Shown: positions 45,593-58,500 of the stretch, one piece after another
Layout: each line of letters opens with the position of its first letter
How positions within the stretch are numbered: the stretch's first letter is position 1
Origin: Neoechinorhynchus agilis
Lineage: Eukaryota > Animalia > Acanthocephala
Assembly (NCBI GenBank): GCA_051530055.1
Contig: CM121342.1
Coordinates: 10,989,480-11,053,479, forward strand
Reading direction: 5' to 3'
DNA length: 64,000 nt
Notes under the pieces: model-generated
Databases searched by the model: none
Seen by the model: the letters and a program-made list of their open reading frames with translations, nothing else
What the model was told of the DNA's origin: nothing
Made by a program: the position numbers and the translations under genes

Positions 45593-48335
45593 TTACAAAC
45601 GTGAATAATTGAATCTTAGAACATTAATAGTATCTAGTATTTTTGCGCAGGTTAATAAAATTAATTTCAAAATCCGATTTCTAAGATCTCTAAGAAACCA
45701 TGGTCTTAATTTTGGGTTTAAATTTGAGAACAGAAGTCACTACTTAAATCTGAGTAAAGCAGCAAGTTAGCCTTGATCCAGTTTACGATTTACCATTAAT
45801 ATCCGTGTTTCAGTGATCATTATTGTCTTAAAGATGATATATCGATAGAGTGCTTTATAACAAAATTCAAGGACAAGTGTGTGACTCTAAGACTAATGAT
45901 CGAAACTTAATCTCCTCAATAGGATCTTCTTAACTTGCAATTACAACATCGATATCATTTATGATTTATACGTATTTGCCAGAAGATGCCTTACGCTTAA
46001 TTAAACGTAACAACTGCTTAAAATTGAACAGCAGACGTTTAAAATTGTTCATTCAATGGATTGATTTTTTAGGTTAAACAATTATTACTTTAATTCCTGC
46101 TCCTACTAAAATTTTTTTATTTTCGACTACTAAAGGGTTAAGAAATGTAAAAATTAAAGGTATTGCGATTTTATTGGTTGTTTAGCGCAAGTTTTCAAAT
46201 AAAAATCATTGTCGTCTCATACTTAGAAGTCATGACGTTTGCCAACAAAATTAATATAGTTTCCAAAAAAGTAGATCTTCGCACGAGATTCGTGCAAAAT
46301 ATTGCACCTTAGGATAGTAATATACCGACTGCATTACCTTCTCCAGTTCAAAAAGCTCAAAAGGTGGTAAAACAAAAAAGATCAAAGAAACACGAACTGT
46401 TCTTCATCGTGTTAATGCAATTTCCCCACCTATTTATTTCTGCTATTGTTTGGACTGAAACAATTTTTACGTGCTAATTATGCCTCGGGTAATCCGTTTT
46501 GGACACTTTGATCCATTTTATGCATCAATCAGCGGGTCTTTGAACAAATACGAGCCCTTGGCCAAGTAATTCACAGAATTAAAATATGTGATGGTTTATA
46601 GAAAAATTATTGAATTTCCCTCTTAATGTTCAGTCTTTTAATCCCTTTTACTTTTCGGCAATTAATTTATTCGCTTTTTAGTGAAACGGTGGATTTGCAG
46701 TGTTATATATGGTTCTATGAGCATTGGGCCTATCGCAAGTGCAGATTGTGATTGCAATAATTAAGGCAAAAATGAAGTTATTTCGTATTTACATACCTAT
46801 GCCAAGGCGCAGCAAATTGAAAGATTTACATCGCGTAGATGTTTACTAAATGATTTCAAAAATACAAAGTAATAGAAAAAATCGTAAAATAATTAGAGCA
46901 CAATTAAACTTCGACTAAAAACTGCCACCATTTTCAGTTTCCTAATAAATTTAAATTAGATGTTAAATTGAATTCTTGTTTGCTTTACCTCCTGTGCAAA
47001 GAATATTTCGAACTTTCACATTCAATTAGATGCTTAAGCCGATTGGCGGCTATGCAGCATAGATAAATTTAGTTGCACCGCATTCTCCCTAAGTCTATTT
47101 GCCCGGCAAATTATCCACCGACTAAATCGAGGTGTTATACACAACTCATTGGTTTTGCCTTTAAGATGGTCGCGGAAGATTGAGAACCGTAGAATGTTTA
47201 ACTAAGCACCACATTGTAGTCCGGAAACAGGTCTATGTGCACTTTAATCGCACATCCAATTGTTTATCATCTCCTCATCTGAATTCTAGACGCCATGTTG
47301 CCATGACCAATGGAATATGAAGAGCTATTCAAATTTTAATCACACTAAATAGGAGACAATACGTGTAGATCGGCCGACTTTTAGTAGCACCGTTACAATT
47401 GTTTCACACATGCATTGAGTTCAAAGTCATTCGAATGCTAAGAATAGTTGAGCAATAAGACTTGGTAATAGGTTAGATTTGCTTTATATCAATCGCTTTA
47501 TATCTAAAGGTCCAAACGAGCTTTCTGACATGCCAGACTAATGAACCGAAATCGAGTAGACAAAAGCATCATTCTTGTGGTTCAAGAACGAACATTTTTA
47601 GTCATTTTATTAAACGGCTAAGATATAAACACTGTTTTTTATGCATTTAGTAGTTTACTTTTAAAAAGATTATTTCTACTTTCAAAATAACGGTTTTCGC
47701 AATACTATCTTGACTTCCAATGAATATTTTGAGCTAAGACGATACATAATGATTCAGGGGTATTAGCTGATGATTTTATTGATTAACAATCTTGGGTTGT
47801 ATTATAGGGCAGTCTTTTTACCACGGTGAAGTATTTAACACAAGTAGCTTGCACTTTTATGAACAGTTTGCATCAGCTCTGCGCTAGTCAATTTAAATTT
47901 AGTACTTAAATCCAAAAGCCAACCGCATTGCAATATTTGATTTTGATCTTCACCAAAGACTTTCAAACCTTTCTTACTACTACAAGTCATGAATATTCAA
48001 GCTGTCTTTTTCTTAGTTAAAACGACACAGCAAAAGAAGCTAGACTATTGACTCATAGCTTAATAATACAGACATGCAAACTTCTAGCTTTGGGAAGCTC
48101 AACGCCAACTCGATGACTGGATCGTCGATTGTCAAAAAAATGTGACGGTCTTAGAAAGACAGTGCATTCATACTCGGTATAAAAATCCGAGCATTTTTGT
48201 GAAATAAGCCTCAAACTCTGCGCATACGGTGTATCCTCGTCGTTCAAAAGGATCAACTTTTACATCCGTGCTTGGAAACAGGTGAATATTGATTTGTTAA
48301 AGGAGTTTTAGAGCCGCAATGAATAGTTTTTCTTC

Positions 48336-51300
48336 ATGTTTGATGGTGAAGAATACCGATTGGAGGATCCGAGGAAACTGCAACTGGATGACAAGGAAAG
48401 CAGTTATCTTACCCTGACTGCTCTGGCTGATGAACAAATCAGTTCTGATGTCGATGAGAATGATCATGCTGAAGTTACCACAGTTCAAGAGGAGCGAAGA
48501 TCGACTGAAATATGTAAGTATTTCGAGTAGACTCATATTTTTCTACACTCGCCGCTGGAACCCAAACGTAAAATACGACTTGAACTTCCAAGTGCTTGAG
48601 GCAGGCAAACTTGCTGATTATACAACCTAACGTTCGCTGTTTTTTACTAGGGAATGTTAATGTTAAAGTGGTGTTCTTTTGATTTCAACCTGTGTTTCCA
48701 TCTGAATATGGAAAGTTCCGTTATCGACAACCAGGAAGCAAATGGAATAGAGTTATTTAGGGTTACAGCGGTAAAAGGAGATTCTAGAGATGAAGGTCCT
48801 CTATTATTTTAATTTATTTCCAAGCATAAATTCTAAGACCTATTTAATCTTACCATCCTTAAGACGAACCAAAACGCAATAAAAAGAAGAAGATAAAAAA
48901 GATTTCCATTCTCGTCTTAAAACTGTTGAGCTTATTGCCGGTTCTTTATTTTTTCATCTGTTCACTTGATCTCCTAACGTCAGGATTCCAATTGCTTTCA
49001 GGTAGGTTTCAGCTCCCCGTCTTTTTATAATTACACACACAAAAGGGAAACTGGCTGGAAAATTATTCGCCCAGGGAAGTGTATTGAACAATCCGATTGC
49101 CGGACTTATGTTAGGAGTCTTTGTCACCGTTTTGGTTCAAAGTAGCTCGACCACGTCGGCAATCATCGTCAGTATGGTTTCAGCTGATGGTTTGTTCAAG
49201 ACCGATAAATTTCTCTTTCGTTACTAAAATTAAGAACTGCAGTGCTAAATGTCAAAAATTCAATACCGATCATAATGGGCGCCAATGTTGGCACATCGGT
49301 TACCAATACGATCGTAGCCCTCGGTCAGATGGCAAGTTTTTGTTTGGGTAGTTGATATGAGTTCCCGTCACTCGTTTGTAGGACGACCGAGAAGAGTTCC
49401 GACGGGCATTTAGCGGAGCTACCATTCACGACGTGTTCAACTGGTTAAATGTCATAATTCAATTGCCTCTTCAAGCAGGCACAGGTGATTGAATCATTCT
49501 CGTTTAGTTCTCTTTACAAACAGATAGATAATAATAGTGCCTAAAAATAGACTAATTTTTTATTGATGATCTTTTAACTTTTTGCACTTATTTTTCTTAA
49601 CAGGATTCTTGGACAAAGCAACCGCACTTATGGTTAAAAATATAAACGGGACATCTAACACAACCAATCCTCAGTTTCTAAAGGTCATCACGGATCCACT
49701 CACAAGCAAAATCATACAGGTAAATGATGGAAAGACGTAAAAGGCTGATTTAAAATGCTTAATTTTATTAATAGATTTATTGTTCCGTTCCCTTGAAATT
49801 ATTCTGCTATTTTAACCTCAGCTCAACGCCACCGGAAGGGGATTGCGCTACGAATAAAATGCTTATAAAAGTAAATCTATTTATAGTTAAGCCATAGAAA
49901 TTACATTTTTTGTATCCCCGATAGTGAAAATACTGAATCTGCTTCTCAATTAGCAATGACGGAACAAGCGGTACCTGAACTTCTTGTATTTAAAGACAGT
50001 GTTAACCTATGAAAGCTCGCTTTTGACCTTACGGGTGCCCTGACTTCGTAACTCGCAAAGCCTTTATTTCGAGTCAACTCTTGACGTACCCTTTAGAGTT
50101 TGTCAAACGCAATAATCACTAAAGTAATCATCATTCCTTTCAACTTCTCCGCATTAAGATTATCTATTTGAAGGTGACTTAGTATCAAACGTCTGTAAAG
50201 AAAATCTTCTTGAATTATAACGATGAAGGAAAAGGCGATAAATTAAGTGTAGATTGCACAACTGAAATATAACTTAATTTTTCAATAAGGTTCTTTTAAC
50301 TTTGCCAGAAAAAAGTGCAATAACCTTTTAGAAATGAGTTAAAATTATTTCAATATTTCTTTGTTGTTTATGCGACGTCGGCATCGTTAGGATTAATTTA
50401 TTTAATAAATTTTATTTTTAGGTTAATAAGACTGTGGTTGAACTCGTAGCAAAGAACATTAGTCAACCAGATGATCGACTTATAAAAACCTCTTGTAAAA
50501 AGACAGTTTTCAATGAAACAACTAATACCGAAAGTGTAATAACTGTTGACTGTAAGCTCCGTGCCTTTCTCTTAAGACAAAAGCGTTACTGAAAGTTTAG
50601 GTGAATACCTTTTTCGACATTTAAAATGGCCCGACTGGGCCATCGGTGCATTGGTAACAGCGCTAGCGTTGATTGGCCTTATAATATGCCTCGTTCTGAT
50701 GGTGAAGATTCTCCGATCCCTTCTTGAAGGACCGATTTCAAAAGCCTTGAGGAAGACCATCGATAAAGACTTTCCTGGGATTTTCAGATATCTTACCCCG
50801 TATGCTTTTCTATTGGTAAGTCTCGTATTTTTTTGCGGAATGCAATTCAGCGTTTTCTAGTTTGGAATGGGTGCCACAATCTTGGTGCAAAGTAGTTCAG
50901 TTTTCACATCAGCCATTACTCCACTTGTTGGCACAGGGGTGATTGGTCTTCACCGGATGTACCCACTCACCCTTGGATCAAATATCGGCACAACTGTCAC
51001 AGCTATACTGTCGGCATTTAGTTCAGGAAGCGTTCAAAGTCTACGGAACTCACTGCAAACTGCCTTGGCTCACTTGTTATTTAATATTTTTGGTGTTTGT
51101 CTATGGTTCGTTGTGCCGATAACACGAAAACCACCTCTGGCAATTGCAAGATTCCTGGGCAAACAAACCGCAAAATATCGATGGTTCGCACTTTTCTACT
51201 TGCTTATGATGTTTTTGGCGTTTCCCGGTGTACTTTTTGGCTTATCATTCGCTGGAACGTGAGTATTTAAGGACACAGGAGGGTTATCTTAAGAAAATGT

Positions 51301-51625
51301 ATATTAAACGTTTCCGTTAACACGTTTTAGGGCATATGCCGCTGTCGCATTGGCCATAATCATTTTGATTATTGTCTTGATTTTAATTCTGAACGCCATA
51401 ATGAGATACAGACCAAAATGGCTACCTACATGGCTACGAAGTTGGAAATTCCTACCAGAACCCATGAGATCATTGGCACCATATGACAGAGCTCTCGCAA
51501 GGATGAAAATACTCAGCACAACTTGGATCAGGTCGCATTTGATCCGACCGGAATCCTCAGTTACTTCGATGACGAAGTTGTTTCGATATGAAAAAAGAGA
51601 TCAGGACGATCAGATGGAACTCTGA
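48336..51625 (+). CDS. SLC34A: Type II sodium/phosphate cotransporter, ~10 exons, including GC-AG intron 49332-49381
   Basis: [18 protein letters not shown], two QSSS motifs, [45 protein letters not shown]. Confidence 0.95.
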
Positions 51626-52072
51626 AATTTGGACTAGAATTGTTCAATATTACCAGATGAAATAAATTAAGTGAATAAAGAGAGAGAAGGTGTTTCAAAA
51701 ATAAATTCGATAAATACGTAAAAAAATTTTTTGGTTAGGGTGATATTTTCTAAAGCAATTCAAACAACAAAGCTCTTGTTCAAAGCCTTAAAATTGCGTA
51801 TTCTCCACAGAAAAATGAGCATTTTTACGAATGACGAGAAAAGGAGATCTAGTTTTCGACATTGATAGCCTTAAAATGCAAGAATAAATTATTATGAATA
51901 GTATTAAGAGAAAAATAGTCAATTGATTCTACGCTCTTTCGATTATTCACGACACTGGATGCTAAAATTAGTCCGCAAATATTCATAGACAATGTAGACT
52001 TTAAAAAGACTCTCCCGCAAGAATCATAAATTCAATAACTTTACGTTCATAGCTCCGTTTATAATAAACGTT

Positions 52073-53389
52073 ATGAATGTTAGAAATTGGCCACAGAATG
52101 AGTGTATTGTGAGTATATTGGGAATCAATATCATTCTGTTTGATCGAAGCCTTTTCTCGTATAGTACATCGATGACCTTATTCCAACTGATGAACTTATT
52201 ACTGATGATATCATTGTGAGTGAATGTCGAAGGAACTATGACTCGAATGGTCGGATTATCGATGGATTCGCACTTGTAATAGGGAATCCTTTCAGCGAAT
52301 AAAAGCTTTATAGCAGCAATAAAAGTATGAAATATTTAGGTTATCAAAGTTTATTTCTTAGCCAACTTAAGGGAAAAGTAAGCAAAATGCCTATCAACCG
52401 AAATGTTTTCTATCCCCTAATATTCCATTCGTTCTTTGTAAAAAAAGATATACTGTAAAATTTTATTTTTAATTTTAAAAAAGTCACTGAAAAAACATAA
52501 TTCAAAATAACATTTTTGCACAATTAAGATCTTTTTTTACAAAGAACGAATGGAATATTAGGGGATAGAAAACATTTCGTTTGATAGGCATTTTGCCTAC
52601 TTTTCCCTTAAGTCGGCTAAGAAATAAGCTTTGATAACCTAAATATTTCATACTTTTATTGCTGCTATAAAGCTTTTATAGAAATTAAATTTTGCTAGAT
52701 ATTGTTGATAGTTTTGACTTTCTTATATTAAGATTGAAATGACCACTGTATTATGTTTGAGAAGTAACTATTCGGTTGTTTTTATTGATTGGATATTTGG
52801 CTTTCACTTTAGCGCCTAGCTGAAATGCGAATCTTCCGTCTTTATTGTGGATCCCATGAACGCACTGATTGTTGAATGCGACACAGAGTTCTGTTCGGAC
52901 AAGGATTGCACAAACGTCTTAGTACAACGTGGGTGTCAGGTAAAAACCAAAATCGAAGCGATTGAACACAAAGGAAAGGGACTCTTTGCGGATGAGTCAA
53001 TTCCAAAATCTACATTTCTCTTTGAATACGCTGGAATCGCTAGAACAACTGTGGGTGGTTCCGCGACGGGTAAATACATTTTAACTGTTACGGTTTCATC
53101 TTTAAACTATACCAAATTCTCCATCGATGCTCAGAATTACGGAAACGAATCACGATACATGAACCACGCATGCGGAAATGCCGCCAATACCATTCCAGTG
53201 CTTGTGTGGACTCCTCGCCACTCTATTCCACACGTTGCCTTCTTCGCTTCAAAGGATTTAAAAAAGAACGAGGAAATCAGCTTTGATTATGGCTGGTCGA
53301 TTGACGGAGACGTGAAGGCGAGTACTTCTCGCTGTTTCTGCAATGGATCGCAATGTCAACGATATCTTCCTCATCACCGAAACAACTAA
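52073..53389 (+). CDS. Pre-SET/SET/post-SET lysine methyltransferase (SUV39/G9a/SETMAR-like); exons 52073-52108, 52165-52275, 52820-53389
   Basis: YDSNGRI and IVEC..C..CTNVLVQRG (reduced pre-SET), KGKGLFA, EYAG, RYMNHAC, EISFDYG, CFCNGSQC..YLP; three phase-0 canonical exons. Confidence 0.85.
52299..52679. repeat. Foldback element with ~150-bp near-identical arms, in the SET gene intron
   Basis: ATAAAAGCTTTATAGCAGCAATAAAAGTATGAAATATTTAGG... mirrored at ~52527-52679. Confidence 0.9.
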
Positions 53390-54240
53390 AAATCTATCGA
53401 ACTAATCCAAGGAAAACGCACGCCACCTTCATCCTCTTTCATATCATCAATGCAGTTTTCTTTTATTACATCTCCAGAATATGAGTCGATGATTGTCAGT
53501 TTTGGAACATAGTTAACATTTGAACGCTGGGCTAGGAAATCGATCACATCGTCTGCATCAAGTTCCACATGAAGCCATGGCATCGTTTCGTAAAATACTT
53601 CAAACGCGTCCTCGCTATCATTTCTTGAACAAAAAATAATTTCAAAATTCTTGGATTTGCTATGTTCTTCATAGAACTTGATTAAAGTCTCTGCGAATCG
53701 TCTAAGTGAAGGACAATGCTGACTGAGAAATTATTTATAGAGGATAAAAAATATTTTAAATACTTTGCAAAAATTGATTTATCGAATGAATTCATCGGCC
53801 TTCCTTTCATGATAAGGCCGAAAGCTAAGGACACTTCAAATTTCCTCTTCCGATTGCTTTAAAGAATAAAAGTTCCTACAAAATCCTGGCTTCGAATGAT
53901 TCGCAAGGTGATATTTCTATGTGTCTCAATGATGTTTCGTTCATTTGGAAAAAAACCATTTTTAAAGATTTTCGATTTATCTCCAATTTTTTGGGCATTT
54001 GATAAAATCAAGCAACTGGTAATTGAGTGAAAAAACCGCGTACGTATTTGCAGCCGGGCAGCATTATCCTCAATCACATGGTGGACACCAGGAAGCGCCG
54101 AAGTATAGAAAGATAAAATCGTATTTTTCTAAATTTTTAGCTGGAACTTTGTCCTTCGTGAGAATTTTATCTTTGCACAAAACCTGCAATTTTGACTTTG
54201 ATTCCTTATCGTAGGGCAGAGTAAAACTACAGTACAACAT
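53386..54240 (-). CDS. Nucleoredoxin/tryparedoxin-like thioredoxin-fold protein, two pieces
   Basis: FLYFGASWCPPC at ~54076-54110; RRFAETLIKFY, FEIIFCS, MPWL, VPKLTIID..GDVI, FPW at 53386-53722. N-terminus unresolved. Confidence 0.8.
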
Positions 54241-54639
54241 TTTTTGTTTTTGTCAGTTGTTTGACTCCAAAAAGACATGACTGTCTTTTACTAAAGTTTT
54301 ATGAATCATTTCATATGAATGCGTACATTTTGACTTATACGTTGTGGTTTTATAGCTAGTTTTCTAAAAACAATTAAAATTATTACCATTGTTTGAAAAA
54401 TCGAATCCATTGTTGATTATTAGATTTGCCATTTCATCGGCATTACCGTTCTGTGCGGTACCGTAGCTCAGTTTCTTAAATCAAGTTATTTTGAAAAAAA
54501 CAAGTCTGGTTTCGGTGAATTTAGCAAGAAAAATATATGATGCTTTTAACCTTGAAAAATATATGAACAATCAATATATCACGGGAAAATCCTTTCTCCA
54601 AAAGAGTACCAGTATCACAATGAATGCTTACAACTGAAT

Positions 54640-55570
54640 CGAGAAAATACTTCCAATCTATTTCATCAAGCTGCATCGAAATGCTTATTTTTTGGGCTAG
54701 GAACGAAGTCGATCTTGGCTCTCCAGTCGCCGCGTTGATTCGTTTTCCCAAGTCCTTCAGGAGGGCTAGTGCCGACCCTCCCAAGGCCCCATACGTTTCC
54801 ACGCCGAAGGGGACAAAATAGTAGTTTCGGATTAGCTTCCTGTATTTCGAGCATTTCCACTTCTTTGCCGCCGTCGCCGCTCCTCCTGGACCTTTTTTCG
54901 AGTGGCTGATGTTGGAGTTTGCCAACGTGTCCACACACGTTGCATCCCACAACAAACATTTTCCCTCCCGCCAAGGAAATACGGTCACGCCATCAGGGCG
55001 TCTTCCACCTAATATACAAAAATGAGTGGGTTCTAGAATGTTTGGGAGGGAAAGCGTTTTTAGAGTCCTACTCAGAGTGGCATTGATTTCAGCATGCCTT
55101 GGAAATCGTCCCGCTGACGTCTTGCATATGAGACCGTGTCTCCCTGAAGAGTCCACTGTAGTGCCGCAGCTGCAGCGATGCGGGATGCAAATCGGTAGGC
55201 CTCTAATCTCAAGGATACTGTGATCCTGACGACTGAGTCAGCAAGGAGAGTTCCAAGTTTTTCTACAGGGAGAGCATTCAGCCACGCTCCCGACTCCTTC
55301 ATGGAACAGGCTACCAGCCGCACCTGCGACACCTCACCCAGAAGATCTTTGAAAGAGTTGTGAATCTTCTGAACAAGAGGAATGTCCTAAGACGACTGTT
55401 TGCATTCATTTGCGGGGAGCTGGTTGATGCCTGTTAATTGATGCCATTGAGATAATCCTGTTTCAAAGATCGCATCCTTCAGTGATGTGCCTAAAATGGC
55501 ATCGACATAGACTTTACTTGCCCGGCAAGAGGAGAGGAATGCGGCCAGCATTTTGACCAGCACCGATGAA
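54640..55570 (-). mobile_element. CRE-clade fragment (thumb to endonuclease)
   Basis: SGAWLNALP, GRHGLIC, RRPDG, WDATCVDT, FVPFGVETYG. Confidence 0.9.
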
Positions 55571-58500
55571 TAGAAGCGGGGAGGTTGTAAACAACGCATA
55601 GATAAATTGTATACAAATAAATTTATGATTTTTTTCATTAAGTACCTTCGAATATAATTTGTTAATGAAGGAATTCGCCGGAGGAAATAAAAATGCAAGG
55701 CTCATTCACAAAACATTCGTCAATATGCGTAAATTAGAATATTTTAAGGTAAGCTATTGTTGTACCAAATTTTTATCGACACGTTGGATTTCTTGAGACT
55801 TGATTACTTCTGAGGAACACGAAAAATATTTTTTAAATAGTCGTATAGTTTAACAACATGGAAAGATTTTAAGGAATTGCTTTGTCGCATTTACAGAATA
55901 ATTTAGTTAATTTTTAGCAGTGTTATCGAAGTCTCAAACCACGATAGTTTTATACGGGAAAAGAATTGCGGATTTGTACTTACCAATACACGAAAAAGGA
56001 CGGATTCAAAAATTTATAACAAAAATAATCCGTTCTCAAAAATTGTGATCAGTGCCACACAGAGTGAAGACACCGAATCCCGAAACCAACCAGAAAAGCT
56101 GCTAATTTTCTTGATCTCGAAGCTATTTTCTACATTTAGACTCTAACATTCTTTTCACAATCGAATCTATCTTCTTGAAAAATGATATCGTTAGATTTAG
56201 CTTATAATGAAATTCTTTTTTATATCCGTTTAAGTCTTTGAATCACTTCACGAACTTGCATTTCTTTGAATACGTCGTAATAAAATTCGAATGATTCGAA
56301 GACATACGTTCGCTAGAACTTCGATGATGGTTTTTCTCGACCCTGGGTACAATTATCTTAAGCCAGCCAAAGATCGTGATTCGTTTTATAGGCTTTAACA
56401 ACTGGTTTATCTCTACTTGGATAAGACCATAATTCATTTCTCTCTCTGATTTGTTAACCGTGCTGAAAAATATCATTTATCTCGACATCTCAAATAATCC
56501 CATTCGACAACTACATATTGGGCAGTGACGGGTTTTGAAATAATTCGCAGAAGTTCGTGCTAAGGAAACAAATATTACCCATCTTCTGTAATATTGAACA
56601 TAGAAAAGTCACCGATAGCTGTATAGCTAAGAGCTTATTCAGGATCCTGCTCGTACATTGTACTGAACATCAATCATAGTGAGGCAATTTTAAAGGTCAT
56701 TAAATCGTGTTTTAATATTAAAATGGAAAATCTTTGGAAGCATATCATCAGACTTCTTGAAAGAGAACATGACACGAGTTTTAAATTAATGCTAATAATG
56801 GCCAAGAATGAAAATAAGGCATTTGGATAATATCAAGCAATTTAATCAAAGGGTTACGAACAGTATAAGGTCCATTGATTTTGTTCAAGTTGACAACAAT
56901 CAAAGATAAATCATAGCGATCGATTACTATTATCAATTAAGCCTGCTGTACTTTAAAGCGTGGGTCATGATTGATCCATTTAAGTTGGGGTTGTAACAAA
57001 GCAACGTGACTTATAATAAAAGCAAATATAGTACTTTCCAAGATCTAAAAATCGCGATTTTTGGAAAAGCACAGAAATGATTTATGCGCAAAAGGATCAA
57101 TGAACATAATTTTTCCGTGAGAGCAGCTGTCGGCTCAAACGTCCTGCAAAGACTTTAGTCATTATAGTACGACAAAAATGGGTTCGTGGTGATTTATGAC
57201 ATGAGCATTTAGAGTGGCTTTTCAACCAATCGTGCATCCTTTGAACTAATAAATGTCTAGATCGCAATACACTTCAATTCTGATAATCGGTAAAGATGAA
57301 GGATATCACTTTTCTTTGACTTCATCCAGGAACCATGTTAAAATCTAAGGAATAGAGTTCCAATAATCCAGGTTCCGTAAATACGCCTAATGGAACTAAT
57401 CATTATCTTCAAGATTATTACTTGAAGAATGTTTTCAGGCATTTTGAAAATTCATTGAATTCTTAAAAATGATAGAATAGTGAATAAATAAATGCTCATA
57501 ATAGATTTTTAGACTGCTGATCGCCCTTTATTTTGATAACATGGCCATACTGAAAAATGCGATCTTTATTAAATTTAGATGCTTACATTTTTACCTGGCT
57601 TTCATATCAGTTTGAGATGCAATTATTGATCTCTTACTTCTAAAATTCATCAACTTTTCACGAATTTCCTTTCGAGTAGAGGATTTGATCTTGGTCTTTG
57701 GCTGCCTCGTATTCGAAGATGTATCAACGTGTTCCTGAATGAGAGATCAATCCAATTATATTGAATGGTCGGATAAAAGATATTTTATAGGTACGAAATA
57801 TTCCACGAGGAAGCCTTTCACTGGATACACCCAAACTACTTTAGCGTTTCCAACTACGGGAAGAGGGATTAGATTTCTGACACCCTATGATTTCTGACCG
57901 AACCCCAACGATATTCTGATACAAAATTTTGGAATAAATCAGCTCCCATACCGCTTTTCTATCATATCAAACGGGGCTGTCAAAACAGCACAATGTAAAT
58001 TGGATCCATATGTGAGTTAACACTCAAATAGCAATATATGACACTAATCCATTTTCATTGATCATTCATCACCAAGCAAAAACTCGTGGATTAAAATGTT
58101 AGTTACGTGCATAAGTATATTTTACAGTTTTAAATTTAAGTATCTGTTCGACGCAGCTGAATGCATTTTTCTAACAAGCAACAATTAAATTAGCATTTTC
58201 ATTAAAGAAATTAGCTATTTCACGATTGATCGTTTCTGTTTGAGGCTGTTCATCGAAGCGTTTGGGAAGGCCAATATATTCGGGACGCTATCGGTTCCCC
58301 AAGATGTGACATAGATCTTTTCGAGAAAGTTCCTTGCACTTTATTTAGGCGTCTTTAAGTTATAAGTTTCATTGAAGTGACCCTCCTGTGTTTTTGCGTT
58401 CAATCACGAGGACTTTTTTATAGGTTAGATGAATAAGTACTAAAGTGTTATTTCTCTTTAGTTATCCGTTGTGAAATAAGCACGGAAACTTAAGTATTGG

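Noticed and set aside
45600-48300. Long intergenic stretch, possibly decayed retroelements
   Set aside because: No motif strong enough to call by eye.
52800-52860. Apparent missing acceptor for SET exon 3
   Set aside because: The canonical acceptor CCTAG|CTG at 52819 is in frame with the phase-0 donor at 52276.
53795-53830. GGCCTT..AAGGCC GAAA GCT A, hammerhead 3' half
   Set aside because: CUGANGA box and stem I are missing; not counted as a ribozyme.
10208-55223. Many 60-140-aa ORFs antisense to CRE, PLE and host CDSs
   Set aside because: Shadow ORFs of GC-richer coding sequence.
9888-55570. Strand bias of CRE copies (6 of 7 on minus)
   Set aside because: Not significant with seven copies.
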